The notes below the pieces were generated by a model that saw only the letters and a program-made list of their open reading frames with translations, did no database searches and was not told where the DNA came from. Shown piece after piece: positions 28,673 to 48,949 of a stretch of 64,000 nt of DNA. Numbering within the stretch: position 1 is the stretch's first letter; every line of letters starts with the position of its first letter. The stretch is from Macrostomum lignano (taxonomy: Eukaryota). The translations under genes were made by a program, and so were the position numbers. The DNA is taken from contig NIVC01003733.1 in assembly GCA_002269645.1 (NCBI GenBank), positions 15,720-79,719 of the forward strand, written 5' to 3'.

Positions 28673-29271
28673 TATTTTGAAATCCCGACCATGGTTAGGC
28701 TCAAGATTTAGGGTCAAGCTTAATATCAAAGAACTTTTAGAGAGATTTTGCTTTTCGAGTCTTTGCTGTTCGACTGCAGACACGAAACTGCTTGTAAAGA
28801 GGAAAATTTGCATCCAAACTCCTCTTTCTACTCGTCTCTGTCAATCTCTTCCTCTCCTCTTCCCATCTTCTTACAGCCTCCACTTTGTAATCCTATAGCC
28901 CTTCGCTTCAGCTTACGAGTTTTTGCAGATTTCTGCAACAAGACGAGGCGAGCAACTCGCAAGCATTATTTAACTCACCAAGGTCAGGCTCTTGACTGGT
29001 AAACACTTGTAGATACTTTCGATAGTTGTTTTTATTTCCAGAAGATATTGGTTTCCTACTGACAGGTACGCGATGTACTTTTAAAAAAACACTTTTTACA
29101 AATGTCATTGCAATCAATATTGCTGAATATACTGCAAAGCGGAGCTATGTACATTGAATTTAATGAAATTAAGGGCTGACGCTATTGACGACTGAAGCAG
29201 AAGGCTGCTGCACAGAATGCATTGGCGAGGTAGAAGATATGAAATTTTTAGTGCTGAATTCACAATTCACA

Positions 29272-29570
<299 letters not shown>

Positions 29571-30187
29571 TAGAATTTTTAGCGCTTAAAAACTGCTAAC
29601 GTCCTGCCTCGGTGACGCATTTTGCAGCAAAAAACCGCGGCCTCCAGCAAAATTTTCACGATCTCAGAGTTCAGCGCCCTTCTGCTTTAAGTTGTTTTTA
29701 CACAGATTGGGGGTGATGCAGTCCCAATTACTGTTGCTATGAGGGTCACAGTGCGGTCTCTCGCACGCCAGCGTTGGTCATCAGAAAAATCTCGCACGCT
29801 GGGAAGCCGCTGTCCGAGGAGAAACTCACAGCGGGGTGCCTCTGTGAGCGATGATTTCGTTTCCGGTTATCTTCAGCCTCGCAGTTGGTCTCGGCCGCGG
29901 TGATGGCGGTGGTGTCGAAGGTCCGGCCTGCGGTCAGGCAACCGGGGCAGAAGGTTGGGACGTCATCATGACTCTCACGAGTTAAAGCAGGAATCTTTCG
30001 TTTTTACTTATAGTAGTATTATTTCACAGTCATTGTATCGTTTCATTGTGCTGAATTTGATGTTATTGCAACCTCACATCCGTCATATGGTCGTGAACAC
30101 GTTCAATGTAGCTTAGTTTTAGCCGCTATAGAAACTATAACAAAGTCTACTGAAGAGTAGCTAAAAAAGAATTTAAAGGCTGTATAT

Positions 30188-30430
30188 GTGTCTGTCTTAG
30201 TGTCTGTCTTAGTGTTTGTCTTAGTGTCTGTCTGAGTGTCTGTCTGAGTGTCTGTCTGTCTTAGTGTCTGTATTAGTGTCTGTCTTAGTGTCTGTCTTAG
30301 TGTCTGTCTTAGTGTCTGTCTGAGTGTCTGTCTGTCTTAGTGTCTGTATTAGTGTCTGTCTGTCTGTCTTAGTGTCTGTCTTAGTGTCTGTCTGTCTGTC
30401 TGTCTGTCTGTCTGCCTGCCTGTCTGCCTG
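30188..30430. repeat. 12-bp minisatellite (GTGTCTGTCTTA)
   Basis: Direct reading. Confidence 0.9.
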
Positions 30431-30557
30431 TGATTGTGCTGCCATCTGTCAAACATTGGTTTGCTTCGTCCATATTGTTTCTCATTGGAATTCTCAGCGA
30501 GCTACCAAGAGTTTCTGGTTCCTGGTTCAGAAAGTAGACGAAGCTGTTTTGCGTAAT

Positions 30558-39078
<8,521 letters not shown>

Positions 39079-39399
39079 GGTGAACAGCTGCAGACTTAAA
39101 CTCAGTAGCCGCATAGCCTAGAATTTTATATAAGACAAGCTAAACTTTGTTGACCTTGGCATTCTATTGGCCCAATGAGGCAGTCGGAATTCTCCATATG
39201 ATGCCCAGCAGGAGCTGGCAATATTGGTTCAATACACTGGAGAGTATCTGATTCGCTTGTGCAGTTGTAAGGAGGAGGGATTAACTCCTGCGGCAGATTT
39301 TCAAAAAGAAGTTCAAAATACTACTATCTATAGTAGCATTCTTAGAAATCTGTCCTTGAAAAATACAGAAAGTTGGCAAAAATAGTGGATACACAAGAG

Positions 39400-40140
39400 A
39401 GAAAGGGGGAGGGGAAGGGAGAGATGAAAAGGAAGAGAAGAAGGGGAGAGAGGAAGGGAGAGATAAAAAGGAAGAAAAGAAGGGGGGAGAGGAAGGGAGA
39501 GAGGAAGGGAGATAAGAAGGGGAGAGAGGAAGGGAGAGAGGAAGGGAAATAAGAAGGGAGAGAGGAAGGGAAATAAGAAGGGAGAGAGGAAGGGAGAGAC
39601 GAAGGGAGAGAGGTAGGGAGAGAGGAAGGGAGAGAGGAAGGGAGAGAGGAAGGGAGAGAGGAAGGGAGATAAGAAGGGGAGAGAGGAAGGGAGAGAGGAA
39701 GGGAGAGAGGAAGGGAGATAAGAAGGGAAGAGAGGAAGGGAGAGAGGAAGGGAGAGAAGAAGGGGAGAGAGGAAGGGAGAGAGGAAGGGAGATAAGAAGG
39801 GGAGAGAGGAAGGGAGAGAGGAAGGGAGAGAGGAAGGGAGAGAGAGAAGGGGTGAGAGAAGGGGGAGAGGAAGGAAGAGAGAAGAATGGGAGAGAGAAGG
39901 GGTGAGAGAAGGGGTGAGAGGAAGGGAGAGAGAAGGGGAGAGAGGAAGGGAGAGAGAAGGGGAGAGAGGAAGGGAGAGAGGAAGGGAGAGAGGAAGGGAG
40001 AGAGAGAAGGGGTGAGAGAAGGGGGAGAGGAAGGAAGAGAGAAGAATGAGAGAGAGAAGGGGTGAGAGAAGGGGTGAGAGGAAGGGAGAGAGAAGGGGAG
40101 AGAGGAAGGGAGAGAAAAGGGGAAAAGAAGGAGGACAAAG
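39400..40140. repeat. Polypurine minisatellite (GAGAGAGGAAGG)
   Basis: Direct reading. Confidence 0.9.
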
Positions 40141-40509
40141 GGGAGAGAGAATTAATAGAGAAGGTGAGATGGGTTTGTCAATAAATGTATTTGCTTTATT
40201 GAATAGTAGGAAAGTAGAAAAACTTTAGCATTTTTTTCATCCAGGCATCATATCCACCGCTTCTATCAAACTGCAGAATCAGCTGTTTAACCTAAATTAG
40301 AAAATCTTAAACAGATTTAAAACAAGATTGATGATTTTGCGAAGTTTCTTCACGAATATTTCGCCTGTTGTAATTTGAATAAACTTTCCCTGGCTTAGCT
40401 CGGCTGTGGTAGAACCACACAGCAGCGGTTTGGGTATCTTAGATGCAGCACCACAGCACCAGTCGCTTTCGCACATTCATAAGTGTTATGTTAATATGCA
40501 AATGCTTAA

Positions 40510-40776
40510 CCCTGTCACCCTGTCACCCCGTCACTGTCACCCTGTCACTCTGTCACTCTGTCACTCTGTCACCCTGTCACTCTGTCACTCTGTCACCCTG
40601 TCCCTCTGTCACCCTGTCACTCTATCACCCTGTCACCCTGTCACCCTGTCACCCTGTCACTCTGTCACTCTGTCCCTCTGTCCCCCTGTCACCCTGTCAC
40701 CCTGTCACTCTATCACCCTGTCACTCTGTCCCTCTGTCACCCTGTCCCTCTGTCACACTGTCACTCTGTCACCCTG
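40510..40776. repeat. 8-bp tandem repeat (TGTCACYC)
   Basis: Direct reading. Confidence 0.92.
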
Positions 40777-41009
40777 TCATTATTTCTCCATGTATGTTTT
40801 GCATATGATGAGAAAGATATTTATTTAATGCTCGTATTTACAAAAAAATCATAGCCAAACAAGGATAGCGCTTGACGCAGGTGTCTAACAGAATTTAACA
40901 GCAAACTTGTGTTCCATTTCGTATTTATTCGACACCTGTGCTCAGCAGTTTTCAGCTGATGGCAATTTTTTATAAACCATGGATAATTTCAAGAAATAGG
41001 AATCGTGTT

Positions 41010-41466
41010 TATAAGAGATTGATAGAGAGTTTAAGAGATTGATAGAGTGTTTGAGAGATTGATAGAGAGTTTGAGAGATTGATAGAGAGTTTGAGAGATT
41101 GATAGAGAGTTTGAGAGATTGATAGAGAGTTTGAGAGATTGATAGAGAGTTTGAGAGATTGATAGAGAGTTCGAGAGATTGATAGAGAGTTTGAGAGATT
41201 GATAGAGAGTTCGAGAGATTTAAAGAGAGTTTGAGAGATTGATAGAGAGTTTGAGAGATTGATAGAGAGTTTGAGAGATTGATAGAGAGTTCGAGAGATT
41301 GATAGAGAGTTCGAGAGATTGATAGAGAGTTTGAGAGATTGATAGAGAGTTCGAGAGATTGATAGAGAGTTTGAGAGATTGATAGAGAGTTCGAGAGATT
41401 TAAAGAGAGTGTGAGATATTGATAGAGAGTTTGAGAGATTGATAGAGTTTGAGAGATTGATAGAGC
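41010..41466. repeat. 20-bp minisatellite (GAGAGATTGATAGAGAGTTT)
   Basis: Direct reading. Confidence 0.92.
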
Positions 41467-41903
41467 GTTATACCATACAAAATCACCAGCAATCCATGGC
41501 CAGCAACCAAACTAATTTTAATGTTGTTAAGGTAAAATTATAAATTTTTCGCTTCATTTTCGCTCGTCTTCACTTCGCTCAACTCGCTCCGCTCATCCTC
41601 GTTTCATTTCGGTAAAAATGTATAATTTTACCTTAACAACATCAAAATTACCTTTTGTTTCTGAAATTTCGCTCTCGTCGTTCGCTTGTGGTTTGCTGGT
41701 GATTTTGTATGCTTCCAATACTTCCAACACTTCCAACACTTCTAACACTTCCAAACAATTCCAACACTTCCAACACTTCAAACACTTCTAATACTTCCAA
41801 CACAACCAACACCAACTAACTGATAATAAACCTCACCCGCCCGTGCCGCAGGCACGCGGACGAAGTCCGACCGCCCCGAAGGGGCTTGGGGCACAGAAAA
41901 GCA

Positions 41904-42210
41904 TGATTTTTCTGTTAGTAAAAATAAACCGAGTTTACAACTTTTCAGTAAGTGATACTTCGAAACTGTTGCTAAAAATGCTGAGATAATAAAACAGCAT
42001 ATATTGAATGGAATAATCGATGAGGTTTTTTTAAAATACAACAACGGCGAGGAACTAAAACTTTATCCACTAGAGTTAGACGGTTTATATGATTTAGAAC
42101 AGGAGGGAGAGCTAATTTTTCAACTTGGTGATTATTTAAATTCAGACGATTGGGAGGTTCGTTCAACGGATTCTGAGTCAACAAATAGTTCGTTTGAAAC
42201 TAGTGAATGA
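41904..42210 (+). pseudogene. Viral-type small acidic ORF, paralog A (one frameshift)
   Basis: FSVSDTS/ETVAKNAEIIKQHILNGIIDEVFLKYNNGEELKLYPLELDGL aligns with paralog B. Confidence 0.6.
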
Positions 42211-42284
42211 AGTGAATAGAGAATGAAAGTGAAATTTTTATGTAAAAAAATGGAATTAGGCAGCAGACCCCACTTTTCAATAAC

Positions 42285-43534
42285 CAGTGTTGGGCACTTC
42301 CGTTACCGAGTAACTTGTAAATGGTAACGCAAGTTACTTTTTCGTAAAGCGTTCCTTACGCAAGTTACTTTCCTATTTTGGTAACGGAGTAACGGTAAGT
42401 TACTCAAATTTCGGAAGTCCGTTACAGTTACTTTGCAACAATCGCAATATTTAAATTTAAAACTGATATGCTTAGCTATTACTCCAGTTGTCACATTTTT
42501 AGCATTTTTCATTCCTAAATTCAAAACTAAGTGAATAATATCATACGGTATTACGCTGTAATTAATAAAGAAATACTTGAAACATGTTTTTACTTTGTTA
42601 TTTTCGGTAAAATATTTTTGCTTTTCGTTTTTAAGTTAATAAAAATATTTTGTTTAGTTCTTAGAAACAAACAACCAAAGAAAGAAATTCATCTGTAGTC
42701 TCCACAAATCCACTCAGTGATCGACGTAGCCAGGAATTTTAATTGGGGGGGGGCGGGTTGGCCTGGCTGGCCATGCCTCATGCCATTGCCACTTTTAGCG
42801 CCGCAGGCACTCATTTAAGCGCCGCAAGCACTCATTTAAGCGCCGCAGGCACTCATTTAAGCGCCGCAGGCACTCAATCGCCTCATGGTTTTTGGTACCC
42901 GCCACGCCCAACCCCACCCCCCCAGGTGGGGTGTCTTGCAGGTGGGGTGAAGTTGCCGCCCCAACGATTGTTAAGGCGGCCTCCCTGGCTACACCACTAA
43001 AGTCCACTGGCACTGCACTGCACTGCACAATAATTTAATATTATGATAAATTGAAAATAAATAAAAAGACTAGTAAAGCAGACTATAGAGTGGAGTAAAG
43101 CCAGGTACTTATTACGAGCGATGTATTATCAAGGACAACTGAAGTTACGTTAAGTTGTCCTTGTGTATTATAACTTATAATGTTATTAAAAATTAAATTG
43201 CGTTTTGCATTTAACGTTTCTGACCTTCAGCTTCTCTTCTTTTACGGAAAGGGCCTAAAGTGATTAAAATTTAATACAGTTACTGAAATTAATATTGTTT
43301 TATTCTTCCTCCTGGCTTTCGCGATCATTTGTGCTGTTCCAGCGCATTTGCAATGTTAAAAAAGCAGAAAATTTTGTTAATAACATAGGTAACGGAAGTA
43401 AGTAACGGAAGTAACTTAAAAGTTACCGGGTTTTTGTATAAAGTTACTAGGCTAACGTAAGTTACTTTTTAAAAAGTGGTAACTTAAGTTACAGTAACGC
43501 AAGTTACTTTTTTTGAGTAACTTGCCCAACACTG
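42285..43534. mobile_element. Non-autonomous hAT-superfamily DNA transposon, 1250 bp
   Basis: 12-bp perfect TIR CAGTGTTGGGCA / TGCCCAACACTG, perfect 8-bp TSD TCAATAAC (42277-42284 and 43535-43542), many subterminal GTAAC/GTTAC repeats, no transposase. Confidence 0.93.
42720..42998. mobile_element. GC-rich MITE-like element nested inside the hAT element
   Basis: Degenerate inverted ends (GTAGCCAGG / CCTGGCTAC), four 21-bp GCGCCGCAGGCACTCATTTAA repeats at 42798-42880, sharp GC contrast with flanks; TSD unclear. Confidence 0.55.
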
Positions 43535-43807
43535 TCAATAACTGAATCAACTCAAACAATATTTAATGCACTCGATTCAATAAAAAAACTTATAAAGGAT
43601 GAAATACTCGATGAAGTATATATATACAACCAAATAAAAAGATATATCCACTTGAAATTGGAGAATTAGATTATATTTGGGATAAGGGGGAAGAAAGTCT
43701 TCTTCTAGCACAATGTTTAAACTGTTAAAAATTATAACTAAAAATCACCCCGATGAATTACTATTCAGTGACAAAAACAAATTTATTGCGAAAAATATAA
43801 GTAAAAA

Positions 43808-43975
43808 ATGAACTTAAATTATTCCTACATTGGCAAAGTGCCAATTAAAGATTTTCAAGATAATGTTAGTTTGATAGCAGTTGAACAAGTTACAATAATA
43901 TTTTTAGTTCTAGTATTAATAATAATATTGTTTTTATTTGTTATAATTTTTTTATTACCTTGTTGCCTTAAGTAA
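43808..43975 (+). CDS. Intact 55-aa single-pass membrane micropeptide (below the ORF-track length cutoff)
   Basis: MNLNYSYIGKVPIKDFQDNVSLIAVEQVTIIFLVLVLIIILFLFVIIFLLPCCLK*; long hydrophobic run followed by CC. Confidence 0.45.
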   Translation: MNLNYSYIGKVPIKDFQDNVSLIAVEQVTIIFLVLVLIIILFLFVIIFLLPCCLK

Positions 43976-44706
43976 TTGATTCTTATAAAACGATCCTAAT
44001 ATTTCTTCAAGTCCTATATACTAAAAATGGTCTGTCTGTGTCTATCTATCTATCTATCTATCTATCTATGTGATCGATTAGAGAAAAAATGGCTTAACCG
44101 ATTTTCATGAGACTTGCACTGTTCGATCAGAAATTTTCCCGTGACGGTACATGCATCGTGGCTAAGAAATTGCTCGATGCTAAAGGCATTTCCTATATAC
44201 TAAAAATGGTCTGTCTGTGTCTATCTATCTATCTATCTATCTATCTATGTGATCGATTAGAGAAAAAATGGCTTAACCGATTTTCATGAGACTTGCACTG
44301 TTCGATCAGAAATTTTCCCGTGACGGTACATGCATCGTGGCTAAGAAATTGCTCGATGCTAAAGGCATTAAATATTCGAAAAACATGCTCTTTGCAAAGG
44401 TCAAGCAAACTTTTCAACTTGAAATGCATTGTAAGAATGCTAGAGAAAAAATTGACTGGTTGATTCTGATACTGAAATAGATTGCATCATAACTGAATTG
44501 TAACTCCAACTTGAATTGCGTCACAGTATTGAAAATGCAGTGTGGAAGCGTAGCACCAGACTTGATTTAGATTGTGTAACCATATTGTCAACTTTAATTG
44601 AGACTGATACTGACTTGCCTGGGAAATTGATTATGTCATAACTGCTTCGTGAGTGAGTGTTGAATTATATAAGTGCTACAATTTCACTTATAAATTCGAT
44701 AAGATC

Positions 44707-44763
44707 TAGCCTAGAAGTTAACAGACTGGACTGCTAATGCAGCGACCTGGGTTCGAATCTTAG
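44707..44763 (+). pseudogene. Degenerate tRNA-like sequence (SINE-head or tRNA relic) inside the Helitron
   Basis: A-box-like TAGCCTAGAAGTTAA, imperfect anticodon arm with 7-nt loop CTGCTAA, T-arm CTGGG-TTCGAAT-CTTAG; the acceptor stem does not pair. Confidence 0.4.
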
Positions 44764-44819
44764 TAGTAAATTTTTTTATTAAAAGCTTTTATTAAAAAAA
44801 AAATAAATTAAAGGACTAA

Positions 44820-47530
44820 AGGCGTCATGTAAAAAATCATAGAATAGTCATGCAAAAAATCATAGAAGCGTCATGTAAACAATCATAGAAGCGTCATGTA
44901 AAAAATCATAGAAGCGTCATGTAAACAATCATAGAAGCGTCATGTAAAAAATCATAGAAGCGTCATGTAAAAAATCATAGAAGCGTCATGTAAACAATCA
45001 TTGAAGCGTCATGTAAAAATCATTGAAGCGTCATGTAAAAATCATGGAAGCGTCATAAAAAATCATAGAAGCGTCAAGTAAAAAATCATAGAAGCGTCAT
45101 GTAAACAATCATAGAAGCGTCACGTAAAAAATCATAGAAGCGTGATGTAAAAAATCATAGAAGCGTCATGTAAACAATCATAGAAGTGTCATGTAAAATC
45201 ATAGATGCGTCATGTAAACAATCATAGAAGCGTCATGTAAAAAATCATAGAAGCGTCATGTAAAAAATCATAGAAGCGTCATGTAAACAATCATTGAAGC
45301 GTCATGTAAAAATCATTGAAGCGTCATAAAAAATCATAGAAGCGTCATGTAAAAAATCATAGAAGCGTCATGTAAACAATCATAGAAGTGTCATGTAAAA
45401 AATCGTAGAAGCGTCATGAAAAAATCATAGAAGCGTCATGTAAACAATCATAGAAGTGTCATGTAAAATCATAGATGCGTCATGTAAACAATCATAGAAG
45501 CGTCATGTAAAAATCATAGAAGCGTCATGTAAAAAATCATAGAAGCGTCATGTAAACAATCATTGAAGCGTCATGTAAACAATCATAGAAGCGTCATAAA
45601 AAATCATAGAAGCGTCATGTAAAAAATCATAGAAGCGTCATGTAAACAATCATAGAAGCGTCATGTAAAAAATCGTAGAAGCGTCATGAAAAAATCATAG
45701 AAGCGTCATGTAAACAATCATAGAAGCGTCATGTAAAAAATCATAGAAGCGTCATGTAAAAAATCATAGAAGCGTAATGTAAACAATCATAGACGTGTCA
45801 TGTAAAAATCATAGAAGCGTCATGTAAAAATCATAGAAGCGTCATGTAAACAATCATAGAAGCGTCATGTAAAAATCATAGAAGCGTCATGTAAACAATC
45901 ATTGAAGCGTCATGTAAAAATCATTTAAGCGTCATGTAAAAATCATAGAAGCGTCATGTAAACAATCATAGAAGCGTAATGTAAAAGCAAAGAAGCGTCA
46001 TGTAAAGATCATAGAAGCGTCATGTAAAAAAATCATAGAAGCGTCATGTAAAAAATCATAGAAGCGTCATTTAAAAAATCATAGAAGCGTCATGTAAAAA
46101 TCATGGAAGCGTCATGAAAAAATCATAGAAGCGTAATGTAAAAAATCATAGAAGCGTCATGTAAAAAATCATAGAAGCGTCATGTAAAAAATCATAGAAG
46201 CGTGATGTAAAAAATCATAGAAGCGTCATGTAAACAATCATAGAAGTGTCATGTAAAATCATAGATGCGTCATGTAAACAATCATAGAAGCGTCATGTAA
46301 AAAATCATAGAAGCGTCATGTAAAAAATCATAGAAGCGTCATGTAAACAATCATTGAAGCGTCATGTAAAAATCATTGAAGCGTCATAAAAAATCATAGA
46401 AGCGTCATGTAAAAAATCATAGAAGCGTGATGTAAAAAATCATAGAAGCGTCATGTAAACAATCATAGAAGTGTCATGTAAAATCATAGATGCGTCATGT
46501 AAACAATCATAGAAGCGTCATGTAAAAAATCATAGAAGCGTCATGTAAAAAATCATAGAAGCGTCATGTAAACAATCATTGAAGCGTCATGTAAAAATCA
46601 TTGAAGCGTCATAAAAAATCATAGAAGCGTCATGTAAAAAATCATAGAAGCGTCATGTAAACAATCATAGAAGTGTCATGTAAAAAATCGTAGAAGCGTC
46701 ATGAAAAAATCATAGAAGCGTCATGTAAACAATCATAGAAGCGTCATGTAAAAAATCATAGAAGCGTCATGTAAAAAATCATAGAAGCGTCATGTAAACA
46801 ATCATAGAAGTGTCATGTAAAAATCATAGAAGCGTCATGTAAAAATCATAGAAGCGTCATGTAAACAATCATTGAAGCGTCATGTAAAAATCATAGAAGC
46901 GTCATGTAAACAATCATTGAAGCGTCATGTAAAAATCATTTAAGCGTCATGTAAAAATCATAGAAGCGTCATGTAAACAATCATAGAAGCGTAATGTAAA
47001 AGCAAAGAAGCGTCATGTAAAGATCATAGAAGCGTCATGTAAAAAAATCATAGAAGCGTCATGTAAAAAATCATAGAAGCGTCATGTAAAAAATCATAGA
47101 AGCGTCATGTAAAAATCATGGAAGCGTCATGAAAAAATCATAGAAGCGTAATGTAAAAAATCATAGAAGCGTCAAGTAAAAATCATAGAAGCGTCAAGTA
47201 AAAAATCATAGAAGCGTCATGTAAAAAATCATAGAAGCGTCATGAAAAAATCATTAAAGCGTCATGTAAAAATCATGAAAGCGTCATGTAAAAGGCATAG
47301 AAGCGTCATGAAAAAATCATAGAAGCGTCAAGTAAAAAATCATAGAAGCGTCAAGTAAAAATCATTAAAGCGTCATGTAAAAATCATAGAAGCGTCATGT
47401 AAAAATCATAGAAGCGTCATGTAAAAAATCATAGAAGCGTCATGTAAAAATCATGGAAGCGTCATGAAAAAATCATAGAAGCGTCATTTAAAAAATAAGG
47501 AAGCATCATGGTAGAATAAAAGAAGCGTCA
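44820..47530. repeat. 22-23-bp satellite (AAAAAATCATAGAAGCGTCATGT), ~120 copies, inside the Helitron
   Basis: Direct reading. Confidence 0.95.
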
Positions 47531-48348
47531 TGTCAGACATGAAGGGTTCATGTAAAAATTAAATGCAGCTATAATGCTGTGCTGGGGAGAAAAACAGACG
47601 TAAAGGCTCTCAGAGAATAACTGAGATTACAGGGGGGGGGTTTCTGAGATGTCAAAGCAAAAGCCGGAAGCTACTTCAAAGTTCATGTACTTTACTCAAT
47701 TTTTTTATTGCATTCTTTGTTGGCTCGCCACGGGGTGAGGCGCTGATAGAAGAAGAGTCATGTAAAAAATAAAAGTGGCACTATGTATACATAAAAGAAA
47801 AGTCATGTCGAAGTTAAAAGATTCATTTGGGAATTGCTACGATGTCAAAGCTTGGTGGAAATCGTTATAGTGCTTGATTCTTAAAGAAGGAATCACTAAA
47901 ATGTCAAGGCTTAGGGGAGAAGAATTGCTGAGATTTCAAGACTTTAGGTTGGGTTAAAGTTAGGTTTAGGTCAGGTGTGGGTTGAGGGTTATATTTTATC
48001 GGGTTTCAAGTTTAACAGGGGGTTTTTTAGATGTCAAGGTTTTTTGGGGGCCATCGCTGACATGTCAAGGCTTACGGGGGGAATAGCTGAGATGTCAAGG
48101 CTCACGGGGGTATAAATGAGATTTCAAGGCTAAAGTCAGAAGCTACATGTAGTTTATTGAAAACTTTTTATTACATTATTTGATGCCTCGTCAGGGGAGG
48201 GATCGCTGATAAAAATAAAAAAAGCTTCATGTCGAAGTTAAGAGATTCATTTGGGAATCCCTACGATGTCGAGGCTTGCAGGGAATCGCTATAATGCTGT
48301 AGTAGTGCTATAATGACTCTTAGAGAGAATTACTGAAATTTCAATGCT

Positions 48349-48423
48349 TTAGGGTTAGGGTTAGGGTTAGGGTTAGGTTAGGGTTATGGTTAGGGTTAGG
48401 GTTAGGTTTAGGGTTAGGGTTAG
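48349..48423 (+). repeat. Interstitial telomeric repeat, ~12 imperfect TTAGGG units
   Basis: Direct reading; a more degenerate copy lies at ~47944-47990. Confidence 0.9.
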
Positions 48424-48650
48424 AAGGTTGATTGACAGATATTTTTAGATTTCCAAGGCTTATTGGGGGCATTGCTGAGATGTCAAGGGGGGAAGTTGAT
48501 ATGTTAAAGCTTGTGGGGGGGAATTACTGACATGTCAAGGCTTACAAGGTTTGACAGGAGATTTTTTAAGATTTCAAGGATACATGTAGCTTATTAAAAA
48601 AACGTGTATTGCATTTCTTTGGCTCCCCAACGGGGGGCGTAGATTGCTAG

Positions 48651-48945
48651 TAAAACATCTAATATGGTTAAAATATACTTATACCCTCCGTCGTTCGGCA
48701 TAGCCATTAAATCAGCATACCAAATTTCATTCTTTTTAAAGTCCATGATTTTTCGATAAAATTTAGATTTTCGGTATTCTCTATGAAGATTTTTGCCTCA
48801 TCAGAACTTAACCCACCACCACTTAATACTCGTAACAAACATTCAACACAATTATTTCCATGTTGATTGTAATTAATTCCTAAACCAAATTTAACTTTAG
48901 ATTGCAGAATCTTATTAACGATGCACCGAGTTAATCTTTGGCCAA
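48651..48945 (-). pseudogene. int: Polinton-type rve integrase N-terminal fragment preceded by a PLA2-like-domain C-terminal motif
   Basis: Minus strand reads VNKILQSKVKFGLG...SDEAK/LHREYRKSKFYRKIMDFKKNEIWYADLMAMPNDGGYKYILTILDV. This matches the Polinton integrase pattern LHK..R.KF.RR.V....DE.W.ADL......GYKYLLT.IDVF; first catalytic Asp at 48711-48713. Not listed in the ORF track. Confidence 0.8.
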
Positions 48946-48949
48946 CCGG

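Larger units (their letters stand above)
42250..43728 (+). pseudogene. Viral-type small ORF, paralog B, split by the hAT insertion and with one frameshift
   Basis: Removing the hAT and one TSD restores MELGSRPHFSITESTQTIFNALDSIKKLIKDEILDEVYIYNQ/KKIYPLEIGELDYIWDKG. Confidence 0.65.
44012..48650 (+). mobile_element. Non-autonomous Helitron-like element (~4.6 kb) with duplicated 5' end, internal satellite and triplicated 3' end
   Basis: Starts TCCTATATACTAAAAATG plus CTAT microsatellite plus TGGCTTAACCGATTTTCATGA (179-bp block present twice). Ends with hairpin GCTCCCC-AAC-GGGGGGC (48622-48638), then CTAG|T at 48647-48651. The base 5' of TC is G rather than the canonical A. Confidence 0.7.

Noticed and set aside
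29838-29855. IIAHRG motif suggesting a glycerophosphodiester phosphodiesterase
   Set aside because: The frame has stops on both sides and lacks the following ENT motif; judged coincidental.
48349-48423. TTAGGG tract as a chromosome end or fusion scar
   Set aside because: Only ~12 imperfect units, one orientation, embedded in a repeated block of the Helitron-like element.
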